DNA of 27,053 bases from Octopus sinensis (lineage: Eukaryota), in the NCBI RefSeq assembly GCF_006345805.1, contig NW_021834070.1, positions 1 to 27,053 of the forward strand, written 5' to 3'. The notes beneath the pieces are model-generated. The model had not been told where the DNA came from. It searched no databases and saw only the letters and a list, made by a program, of their open reading frames with translations. This document shows positions 1 to 8,946 of this stretch, in pieces (the stretch's first letter is position 1; each line of letters starts with the position of its first letter). The position numbers were made by a program, and so were the translations under genes.

Positions 1-379
1 TAATGCATATATATATACACACACACATATATATATACACACACTGACAGACAGAGACAGAGTCAGACAACCTTGGTAGTTGTTCAAGCATTTTTCGGAT
101 GTTCATCAAAAAGACTGAAATCCCCGATAGAGTGGAATAAAGCTTGGTGGGCTACGTGTCCCTGTCCGTTAACCCCTTCGATCTGAATCGCACACAAATC
201 TCCTACATCACTAATAAAAATAACACTCAATTTCCACTTGCCTCAGATTGTACATTTGCTGTCTTATAGATGAAATGAAGGTGGTGCAGCGGTAGAGATC
301 GTGTCTTCGTTATCAGCGTCACTTCGCTCGTTGATGCGGAATCCAACTCGAGAGTAGATTTCCCTCCGGGTTGTGCGAA

Positions 380-602
380 ATAACATTATGCATGACGTCT
401 CTGAGGTTCTGGGCAGTCGTGAGTCCCGCATAAGTTCGCGGACACACATCGTGCAAACCTGATTACTTGACTTGAATATTACTACGGTGTTATAGAAAGG
501 AAATAAGGTATAGTGACAGGTTGATCTGTTCGGCGAAAACTGTAGCCTGCAAATTTAAGCTGTTTATTTTTGCTTGTCTGGTGGGCGGCAAAGATCTATA
601 TA
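380..602 (-). mobile_element. RTE-clade (RTE/RTE-X-like) LINE remnant, C-terminal part of ORF
   Basis: Minus-strand translation with frameshifts gives IYRSLPP..KQLKFAGYSFRRTDQPV (~515-602), then CVRELMRDSRL / QNLRDVMHN (~380-450). This resembles the RTE C-terminal pattern LYGxLPP..RxLxFAGHCxR..QP..YxxxLxxDxGL..LxxxMxD. Read by eye; boundaries approximate. Confidence 0.6.
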
Positions 603-835
603 TATTTCTTTACTACCCACAAGGGGCTAAACATAGAGGGGACAAACAAGGACAGACAAACGGATTAAGCCGATTACATCGACCTCAGTGCGAAACTGGT
701 ACTTTATTTATCGACCCCGAAAGGATGAAAGGCAAAGTCGACCTCGGCGGAATTTGAACTCAGAACGTAACGACAGACGAAATACCGCAAAGCATTTTGC
801 CCGGCGTGCTAACGTTTCTGCCAGCTCGCCGCCTT
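603..835 (-). mobile_element. tRNA-derived SINE, family A (Nin/Deu-like central domain), near full length
   Basis: Minus strand starts AAGGCGGCGAGCTGGCAGAA (A-box-like), with B box GAGTTCAAATTCC (749-761) and core GCCTTTCATCCTTTCGGGGTCGATAAA..AAGTACCAG. Homologous copies lie at 6425, 7143, 7330 and 9523. Confidence 0.85.
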
Positions 836-1056
836 TGTGACTTGTTTGATGTGTGGTTGGCATTGGAGGTGTTAAAGGACTTGCGGAGAAGTCGAGTGTA
901 GGTGTCATCTAATAATCTCTGGTTGGTCGTTGTAAGAGACGAGCATTCTGATCCGTGAAAAGCAGATTCGCCTGTAGAGATACTGTAAATAAATAAAAGC
1001 CGAGACGTTCTCTGTTGGAATATCGCTGACCATTGGTGTGCGGGATTAGACCTCAC
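836..1056 (-). mobile_element. RTE-clade LINE remnant, post-RT region (upstream half of the element split by the SINE)
   Basis: ORF 760..1056 contains ESAFHGSECSSLTTTNQRLLDDTYTRLLRKSFNTSNANHTSNK, matching RTE-type ESVLLYGSExWTLT..RLDGxYTRLLRxALNxSWxxHxTN. It continues colinearly on the far side of the SINE. Confidence 0.65.
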
Positions 1057-1088
1057 CTAGGATAAAACAAAAATATCAAAATAATGCA

Positions 1089-1318
1089 CAGCAGCAGTGG
1101 CGGCGGAGCGGCGGCAGCAGCGGCGGAGCGGTGGCAGTAGCGGCGGAGCGGCGGCAGTAGCGGCAGAGCGGCGGCAGTAGCGGCGGCAGCAGCGGCGGAG
1201 CGGCGGTAGCAGCGGCGGCAGCAGCGGCGGAGCGGCAGTAGCAGCGGTGGAGCGGCGGCAGCAGCGGCGGCAGCGGCGGCAGCGGCGGTAGCGGCGGCAA
1301 CGGCGGCAGCGGCACAGT
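1089..1318. repeat. GC-rich compound tandem repeat (GCGGCGGCA / GCGGCGGA / GCAGTA units)
   Basis: Directly visible 8-9 bp units built from CGG/CAG triplets. It explains the poly-Pro/Ala/Arg ORFs 1057..1326 and 1076..1315. Confidence 0.95.
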
Positions 1319-1617
1319 AACAACAAGAATTAATTTACATACTTGTGTGTGTTTGTGATCTTTTCAAGACCAAGTGCAAAATGCCAGCTCTCACAGAACG
1401 GGAATTATTGCCATGGAACATATAATGGCATACATTTACTCCATATTTCCTAAAACAGCAAAAAGGAGAATCCATTTAACTTGTTTGGAACTGAATATAG
1501 TTGAAAGCAAAGAAATACGGCCCGTTCGAAACCCGTACGTTATTCGGTAGTCTCTTTCAGCGTCTGATATAGTTAGTACGTTAATAGTTTTGAATGAAAT
1601 GAGAGATATTCAAGCGT

Positions 1618-1767
1618 GGTGGTGTGTTTATGTCCCCGTAACTAAGTGATTCGGCAAAAAAGGAAGGATAGAATAATTACCAGACTTTTAGAAAATATTT
1701 CCAGGGGTCGATACATTCGACTAAGAATTCTTCAAGGAAGTGCCCCAGCGTGGCCGCAGTCTATGAT
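1618..1767 (+). mobile_element. SINE family B, 3' half (degenerate)
   Basis: GGTGTGTTTATGTCCCCGTAACT..GATAGAATAA..GGGGTCGAT..GTGCCCCAGCGTGGCCGCAGTC matches the 3' half of the copies at 21611 and 25279. Confidence 0.8.
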
Positions 1768-1999
1768 GGGGAAAATGCGAGAACTTCGAATTCTTATTGG
1801 TTGTAGTTAGCAAGAAAGAAAATTGTGTTTCGGCTCAGCAACCAGAAATTCACGAGAGAAAGGAAATGTCCATTAAATCTGAATTGCTCGTAGCTGGTAC
1901 TCGTTGTAGTGACTCCACTGAAAATATGATGAGCCAGGAATTATATATTCGGGAGGTAAAACTAAAGCTAACATACGTTAAATGTGGAGTACTGATAAT

Positions 2000-2284
2000 G
2001 TATTCTACTCACGGATTTTGTATCAGCTTATTGAATTGTACCCACAAGGCCTGAGAGACCTATATGGTGTGAATGTAGGTGTCTTCAAAACTAAACTGGA
2101 TCTCATCTTGTCAAGAGTTCTGGATGAGCCTACCTCTTGGAAAGAAGCACAGATGGGGGCAGCAATATCAAACTCCTTCATTCACCAGATGCCATATATC
2201 AGAGGAGGTTTAATGAAAGTGTAGCAAAGCTAACAACGGTGCCCCAGCATGGCCGCAGCTCACGGGATGAAACTAGTAAAGAAT
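2000..2284 (+). mobile_element. CR1/L2-group LINE 3' end (ORF2 C-terminus plus short 3' UTR)
   Basis: ORF 1982..2224 ends PQGLRDLYGVNVGVFKTKLDLILSRVLDEPTS..AAISNSFIHQ, matching the LP..LR....V..FKxKLD.FL..VPDEP...AA.SNSL C-terminus of invertebrate CR1-like ORF2. The tail GGTGCCCCAGCATGGCCGCAG..TGAAACTAGTAAAG follows. Confidence 0.75.
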
Positions 2285-2300
2285 ATATTTATATGTATAT

Positions 2301-2466
2301 ATGTAGTTGAAATTTACAAAAAAGCAAAAGACGAAGACAGGTGTATAAGCAACAAGTTTGACTTTGGGGAAGGTGAGAAAGTTTTACATTTCGAGCCTAC
2401 GCTCTTCAACAGAAAAGAACACGATGAAATAAACAAAGAGAATAAAACACCTGTGGATTTAGAGGT
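2301..2466 (-). mobile_element. Short Penelope-like (pLTR-derived) fragment with variant hammerhead motif at 2381-2416
   Basis: Minus strand reads TTTT-CTGTTGA-A-GAGC-gtag-GCTC-GAAA-T-GTA-AAAC, the same architecture as 3567-3601. It lies between AT-rich/(TATG)n simple sequence. The core has an A6>T change. Confidence 0.55.
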
Positions 2467-2524
2467 GTATATGTATGTATGTACGTATGTATGTATGTAT
2501 GTATGTATGTATGTATGTATGTAT
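2467..2524. repeat. (TATG)n microsatellite
   Basis: Directly visible. Confidence 0.95.
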
Positions 2525-2568
2525 AAGGTGGTGTTCCAGCATGGCGGCAGTCAAAAAACTAAAAGAAT
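2525..2568 (+). mobile_element. Isolated SINE-B/CR1-type 3' tail
   Basis: AAGGTGGTGTTCCAGCATGGCGGCAGTC..AAAAGAAT resembles the shared tail. Confidence 0.55.
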
Positions 2569-3317
2569 ATACATACATACTATATCTATCTATAGATGCG
2601 TTTATGTGAAAGAGAGTCAGTGTATTTGTGTGTGATAAGAAAATAATTCGAAACCTCTGTACTTTTATTGGTTGTTCTTGATGTTCTTGTTCTTTTTCTT
2701 GTTCTTGCTGTCATCCTCGCTGTCGTGGTTTAGTTCCAGGTCATCCCTTATTAACAGATCAATCGAATAATCACTTATCGCTTATTTTCTTGAAGGTATC
2801 CCCTCGTTTATTCAACCATTTATTTATTTACTTTTTTCAACGTTGATCGATCTAGTCCAACTACGACTGCGCACTCCTAGCTTTCACCTAAATCACAGTC
2901 GATGCCAGCCGAAAACAATTTGTCATTTCATTCGACGCACTTCTTAAATTACTAAGCAATACCACAGACTTCAGCTTTTAACATTTCTCGTCAAGACAAG
3001 TCACGACGGTCTTGTTAAGGTCTGTTCACCAACCGTTTCTCTTCTACTAAATCACCGTATCTACTAAAAAGAATTAATTGGTTGTGGAGTAGGGTTACAT
3101 GGGAAAATTTATTTATTAAGCGGAATCATGTCTTGCTAATTACCACATTCTTGGAGAAAGTGGAAAGATTCGATACACGAATTGGTACGCAAGAATTGAT
3201 TACGTGTATTTTTATGTTCACACACTTATAATTACAAACGTTTAAAACGTCAGGATACACGCACTCACTTAAATAGCTGAATACACACCTAAAGTCACAA
3301 ACGTACTTACGTATGGA

Positions 3318-3432
3318 ATATATAAATATATATGTATATATATATATGTGTGTGAGTTTGTGTGCATATGTATATGTATGTGTATATCTCTATTTAAACA
3401 TCAGTGTTATATATATAGATAGATATATACAT

Positions 3433-3490
<58 letters not shown>
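3318..3490. repeat. Compound (TA)n/(TG)n/(CA)n microsatellite
   Basis: Directly visible. Confidence 0.95.
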
Positions 3491-3493
<3 letters not shown>

Positions 3494-3697
3494 TATGTGA
3501 CCTCGTGAAGACTACCTGCAATTTTTTTCCTCTGTCCTCCCGTCTCGGGATCTTTCTTTCTCCTATGTTTCCGACGAAGAGCTCCGCTCGAAACGTCATA
3601 CCCTCCTTCTTCCCTTCTTTCCTGAGCGTCCAATAATACTTTAATTGTTCCACATCCTCGCGTTGTTGTCTTTTTGTTTTCTTGTTTGGATTAACTT
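3491..3697 (+). mobile_element. Short Penelope-like fragment embedded in (TA)n, with minimal hammerhead-like motif at 3567-3601
   Basis: GTTT-CCGACGA-A-GAGC-tcc-GCTC-GAAA-C-GTC-ATAC, with palindromic ACGT at stem III. Both ends abut (TA)n. The core has a U4>C change. Confidence 0.6.
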
Positions 3698-3710
3698 TAT
3701 ATATATATAT

Positions 3711-4048
3711 GGTGTGTTATGAGAATTCATGGAAACAAGTATGTTAAAAAATGGAGAAGAGAAGATGTAGTAATGTAAAATAATTTTAATACATACATAC
3801 GATCGTTTCGAACAGCGATATTAACATGTAAAAAACGTGATAGAATGATTAAAATTAATTTGATTAAATTAAATTAATTCCATATTACTGTTCACCTCAG
3901 TGAAAAAAGTATACAACAGGAATTATTATTATTACAGAAGACTTGATGAAGGAAATAGCGGAAAACAAAAATCGGATATACATATTTTATCCTTAGGAAA
4001 AATTAAGAGCATACTAAAGAATGTTGTTGAGTCTAGTTGCGTATAAAC
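3711..4048 (-). mobile_element. Penelope-like fragment in (TA)n with long-stem-II hammerhead-like motif (3796-3903)
   Basis: Minus strand reads CA-CTGAGGT-GAACAG(taatat)..(atatcg)CTGTTC-GAAA-CGATCG-TA-TG, with palindrome ACGATCGT at 3799-3806. Flanked by (TA)n on both sides. Confidence 0.5.
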
Positions 4049-4080
4049 TTATATATATATATAAATAAATATATATATAT

Positions 4081-4118
<38 letters not shown>

Positions 4119-4290
4119 ATATATATATATATATATATAAATTTTAGTGTGTATATATATATATATATAATATATATATATAAGTATATATCTACATATA
4201 TAGCTATATATATACACACACACACACACATACATATATAGGTATGTCTGTATATATATATACACACAAACACACACTCATACACACGTA
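4049..4290. repeat. Compound (TA)n/(CA)n microsatellite
   Basis: Directly visible. Confidence 0.95.
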
Positions 4291-4613
4291 TTGTGTCTGT
4301 GTTTCTTTCTGTTCTTTAGTATGTCAGTTTGTGCACGTATGTGTGTTTCATAGTGTGTCTATGTGATTGCGTGTTGCATCTGTCTGCCTCTCCTGACAAT
4401 ACCGCCACGGCATTGTTAAGCAATAAAACTTTCAAAAACAACTAAATTCATTTCATTCATTGTCATCGTCTGTCACATGATCATGTTACAGGATTTTCAA
4501 AGGCATTTAACTGCACGGACAAATACACACTCGTACCCACACATACAAAATACAAAAACCTGTATATATACATAGGTATGTATGTATGTATGTATGTATG
4601 TGTGTATGTATGT

Positions 4614-4685
4614 CTTTATTCAGTTTTATTTCAAAGTTTCTTGTCAATGGAGAAAGAGCCGGTTTCTAACCTAGATCCAAGGCTC
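4614..4685 (-). mobile_element. 3' terminus of the (CATA)n-associated RLE LINE (second copy)
   Basis: About 72 bp homologous to 8947-9018, sharing CCGGTTTCTAACCTAGATCCAAGGCTC exactly. It joins (TATG)n at 4576-4613 in the same register. Confidence 0.8.
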
Positions 4686-4817
4686 GAACGGAATTTACTC
4701 TTTAGTATTTCAAGATATTTTTATGTAATTTGGATAAATATATCTGTTAAAATGAGATGTTAGCGTAATTTTCATTTTTGCGTAATTTAGATGACAGTCT
4801 ATTCACCACACCCTGAA
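4686..4817 (-). mobile_element. Possible terminal fragment of a Tc1/mariner-type DNA transposon
   Basis: Minus strand begins CAGGGTGTGGTGAATAAGACTGTC next to (TA)n, resembling CAGGGTG-type TIR starts. No partner TIR or transposase is seen. Confidence 0.3.
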
Positions 4818-5029
4818 TATATATATGCACGCACACACACTCACATACACACTCACACACATACACATACATACACACACATATATACACATACATCTAT
4901 GTATATGTATGTGTGATAGTGTTTATATACTTGTCTTTATGGGGCATGCATATGCTTTAATACACCACTGTCTTTTATAGATAAAAATTTGCGGATAAGT
5001 AAATGGGGTAGAAATACAAAAGCTACACA

Positions 5030-5032
<3 letters not shown>

Positions 5033-5101
<69 letters not shown>

Positions 5102-5476
5102 TATATATATAATATATATATATACATATATGTATATACATATATATATATATATATATATACATATATACATACATACGTATCTAATTGATAGATTGAT
5201 ATACTTACATATACATGTGTATATACTTGCATCTATGAATATATATATATGTGTGTGTGTGTGATTGTGTGTGCATACATATATATATATATATATAAAG
5301 ACATACGTACGTACATACATACGTACATACATACATACATACATACATACATACATACATACATACATACATACATACATACATACATACATACATACAT
5401 ACATACATACATACATACATACATACACCCATACATACATACATACATACATACATACATACATACATACATACAT
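5033..5476. repeat. (TA)n followed by long (CATA)n microsatellite
   Basis: Directly visible; source of the MYVC/IHTY ORFs. Confidence 0.97.
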
Positions 5477-6078
5477 TCACCAATGCAGCTCTCCTTTCAA
5501 TTAGAAAGTCGTTTCGCTTAACTGCATAATCGACTGCTTTTGTTGTGAATTCAAAATATTCCAATATATATACCAATTCCACTTTCTTCTGGGCTGCTTC
5601 CCGCCCACCCCTCTAGACCTCCTTCCAATATCTTGATTAAACTGAGTCATTCTTCCTTCGTCTCTACCTCTTCCTCTCTCTCTCTCTCTCTCTCTCCTTC
5701 CAATTTCAACCCCCTTTCTTTCTCTCTCCCCCTCCCTCTTTTTCGTCACTTTACTCCAAGCCGAAGAAAGAACCATTAAATATGAAAACAAGACAAGAAT
5801 TCTAGGATTTTCGCCGACATAAATCCAATAATTATATCTAAATGCTGATTTTACTGAAACAAAACATTCCAAAGCAAGTTTTCAAGAAATTCCCATCAAC
5901 CATTTCTGAGGATGTCCTCGTTATTAACCTGGCATTTTTGTTTTCCTTTTAATGTACCATTGGATAACTTGCCAGAAATATTCAATGGCGTTTTGCCAGA
6001 AATACTTTATGCTTGTGCATACTAAATTCAGTCTTTTACTCCCAACGAAGAACCATGTTAGTTTCGAAACTGAAATAC

Positions 6079-6316
6079 TTCCTTAATACCAAAATTGACT
6101 GGATGTCGCAGCACGAACGTACACATCGCGACTCCGGTAAAAAACATTTTCAGAGCATTTTGTTAAAACTAATTCCAACCTTACAAAGTTGTTTTAACTC
6201 GCAAGAACATGTCAACATGTTTCCTTGATACCAAATTGACTGGAAGTCACGGCGCTGGCGTTCTCATCGCGAATTCGGGAAGGCATTTTCTGAGAATTTC
6301 TCTAAAATTATTTCCA
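6079..6316. repeat. Diverged direct duplication, period ~142 bp
   Basis: 6079-6177 and 6221-6316 share TTCCTT.ATACCAAA..TTGACTGGA.GTC.C.GC..CATCGCGA.T.CGG.AA..CATTTTC.GAG.ATTT...TAAAA.TA.TTCCA. Confidence 0.75.
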
Positions 6317-6424
6317 TAAAGTGATTTTTATGTCAACCAAGACAAATCCACTTGCTATACCTAAACACTTCGTTCGGATCATTTGAGAAATATTAGAATG
6401 CTTTGATAGTGACAAGAAATATTG

Positions 6425-6645
6425 ATTTCAAACTTTTGGTACAAGGCTAACAGTTTCAGTGAGGGGGCGCGGGCTAAATCGTTTACATCGACTCCAGTAG
6501 TCAACTGGACTTATTTTATCGACCCCGAATGGATGAAAGGGAAATTCGATCTCAACAGAATTTGAACAGAGAACGTAAAGGACGATTGAAATGCCGTTAA
6601 GCTTTATAACCGGCGTGTTAATGATTCTGCAGACTCGCGGCCTTA
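6425..6645 (-). mobile_element. SINE family A, degenerate full-length copy
   Basis: Minus strand AAGGCCGCGAGTCTGCAGAATC..GTTCAAATTC..CCTTTCATCCATTCGGGGTCGATAAAATAAGT, tail CCTTGTACCAAAAGTTTGAAATC. Confidence 0.8.
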
Positions 6646-6988
6646 GGTACCGTAATTGTTCCGATCTATGATTCACTTTGTGCGCTCGCGACGCTTTATC
6701 AATCCAGAAGAGATGGAATCTTCAACGAAGGAGATCTTCGCCTTGAAGAACAAGGACCGTTATCAGTGAGGGATCAAATAACTACCACAAAGGTAACTTC
6801 AGATGGTACAACACGATGGCCTCTGCTTTGAATACTCGGCTGCTATTATTATAAGTTGACGAATGAAGCAGATAAATTACCAAAATATGCAAAACTTTTG
6901 GCTCAACATATTAGCTGTCTTTAAACATCTGTTTCTGATATCGGTACAATGCCAGAAATATTTCAGGAAGAGACCAGTACTCTCTAGC

Positions 6989-7107
6989 AGGAACCAATAG
7001 AATAGGTACCAGATTTTAAAAAAAACATTGTACTGAGGTCATGCTATTCGAGTAAAATCCTTTAACGTGGTACCCCAGCATGGCCGCAGTCTGGAACAAG
7101 TAAGAGG
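6989..7107 (+). mobile_element. SINE family B, 3' part (degenerate)
   Basis: ACCAATAGAATAGGTACCAG..GTGGTACCCCAGCATGGCCGCAGTC..GAACAAGTAAGAG. Confidence 0.7.
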
Positions 7108-7142
7108 TAACCCCTTAAGCAACATGAGTGTTTTGCTATTAT

Positions 7143-7317
7143 CGCGTATCTCGTCTGTCTTTACGTTCTGAGTTCAAATTCCACCGAGGTCGACATTGCC
7201 TTTCATCCTTTCGGGGTCGATAAATTAAATACCAGTTGCCTACTGGAATTGATCTAATCGACTGCCTCCCCCTCTCCAAACATTTCGAGCGTTGTGCCAA
7301 GAGTAGAAAAGAATAAT
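7143..7317 (+). mobile_element. SINE family A, 5'-truncated copy
   Basis: TACGTTCTGAGTTCAAATTCCACCGAGGTCGACATTGCCTTTCATCCTTTCGGGGTCGATAAA, tail TTGTGCCAAGAGTAGAAAAGAATAAT. Confidence 0.85.
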
Positions 7318-7329
7318 ATAGTGTAGCTT

Positions 7330-7552
7330 AAGGCGGCGAGCTGGCAGAATCCTCAACACTCCGGACAAAATGCGCTGCGGTATTTTGTTCATCTTTCTAT
7401 TCTGAGATCAAATTCCGCCGAGGTCGACTTTCCCTTTCATCCTTTCGGGAGGCGAAGAAATAAGTACCAGTTACACCCTTGGGCGATGTAGTGGACTAGC
7501 GCCCTTCCCCCAAAATTTTCAAGACCTTGTGCCAAGAGGAGAGATAATTATT
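7330..7552 (+). mobile_element. SINE family A, full length, with probable target-site duplication
   Basis: AAGGCGGCGAGCTGGCAGAATC head, core and tail are present. Flanks AGTGTAGCTTAAG (7320-7332) and AGCGTAGCTAAG (7555-7566) are near-direct repeats. Confidence 0.85.
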
Positions 7553-7555
7553 AAA

Positions 7556-7650
7556 GCGTAGCTAAGTGTTCTCTTCGCAGCATCGAGGTTTCACGTTCGA
7601 ACTTACTGCAGGCCACTTTAGGCAATTATCTCCTCACATAGACTTGTACC
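7556..7650 (+). mobile_element. Highly degenerate SINE family B head
   Basis: GGTTTCACGTTCGAACTTACTGCAGGCCACTTTAGGCAATTATCTCCTCACATAG aligns loosely to the B head GGTTCCGGGTTCAGTCCCACTGCGTGGCACCTTGGGCAAGTGTCTTCTACTATAG. Confidence 0.45.
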
Positions 7651-7688
7651 ATATCCACTCAGTTATTTCACCTCTACATGCTTTTGCC

Positions 7689-8301
7689 TTTTATCTTTTA
7701 ACTTTCATTGCTTCAGTCAATGGACTGCGGCCATGCTGGAGCATCGCCTTGAAGAGTGTAGCTGAATGAATCGATCCCTAGTACTTGATTTTTAAAGTCT
7801 GGTACCTATCGGTGTCTTTGGTTGAACTGCTAAGTTACGGGGACACATACAAACCAATATTCTTGTTACGATGATGTGGTACAAATACACACACACACAC
7901 ACACTTATACACACACACATATATAGACACATACACACACATATATATGTATGTATGTATGTATGTGTGTGTATATATATATATATATATATTATATTGA
8001 GGGTACTACTATTCGTAGATACCAACACGCTAAGAGGGACCAATGCGGTCAAAACTACTAAAAATAAACAAATTTTTACCGAATAAATAAAATATATATA
8101 TATATATATAGACACTCATATATATATTATATATAATATATATATAGAACTCACTCACAACGAGCTTCTTTCAATTTCCGTCTACGAAATCTACTCATAA
8201 GGCTTTATTTGGAAACATGTGCTCAATATGCTACGCTGTAGGACTGAACCCAGAACCATGTGATTGGAAAGCAAGCTTCTTACCGCACAGCCACGCCTGC
8301 G
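7689..8301 (-). mobile_element. SINE family B, full length, with expanded internal microsatellite and a ~95-bp secondary insert
   Basis: Head CGCAGGCGTGGCTGTGCGGTAAG..GGGTTCAGTCC at 8240-8301, tail GCTCCAGCATGGCCGCAGTC at ~7725-7745, internal (CA)/(TA) tract 7885-8145. Confidence 0.85.
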
Positions 8302-8946
8302 AATTTTATCTTTCTTGTTTGTTTTTTTTCTTTCGAAAGGTTAATTAAAATGAAAGTCAATCCGAAAAATAAAAACACAAAAACAAACATTTATCAAGAT
8401 AAAGATAAGAAAAAAAAGAAATGGTGCTTCTACGAAAATGGTATTACGAATAGAAGGAATCTTTACATAGTGCGGTCTAGATGTGTTAAAGACTGCTCGC
8501 ACCGGATGCAGGTGTCTTTCGCCATTCAGTTCAGCTCAAACATCTTATTGAAATCACTTGAAGAAATCTCCTTTTCAGATATGTTCTAGCTCTGTAGAGG
8601 AGCAATAATAGATATTTGTTGAGAAGCAAGGATAATCCTAAATCTACAGATAAAAGAGCTTTGCACCTTCTGATATAGTAACATGGCAAATGTACTGGTG
8701 ATCGGGTGGATAAGTAGGTGGATGAGTGGAAGGGAGTTGTGGTGCTACTGAAGCAGGTTTCTAAAGAAATATTCAGCAGCTATTTGGAGGAGAGGTGTTA
8801 GTTCGCTTTTTTCTTTCATAAAATCGATCTCAGTTTTCTTTTACAGCCAGCATTAGAACTGATTTGGGTTTGTTTAAAGCATTCGTAAAATATATCAATA
8901 CATACACGCACAAATATATATTTATGTATGTATGTATGTATGTATG

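Noticed and set aside
1051-1085. Minus-strand T-rich tract + TAG|GTGAGG resembling a splice acceptor or recursive-splice site
   Set aside because: It sits at the edge of, and probably within, the RTE LINE remnant. No host gene or transcription direction is evident, and such motifs arise by chance in AT-rich DNA.
6013-6228. QHERTH..GKK as a decayed C2H2 zinc finger
   Set aside because: No CxxC, no TGEKP linker, and the repeat period is ~142 bp rather than 84 bp.
6647-6792. Plus-strand AG..GT-bounded open frame (GTVIVPIYDSLCAL..TTTK) as a candidate exon
   Set aside because: The acceptor abuts a SINE end with no polypyrimidine tract, and the peptide resembles nothing I recognise.
8430-8800. 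Possible ancient CR1/Jockey-like LINE on the minus strand (LLLYR..PHYVKIPSIR)
   Set aside because: Only vague similarity across many frameshifts; needs a profile search.
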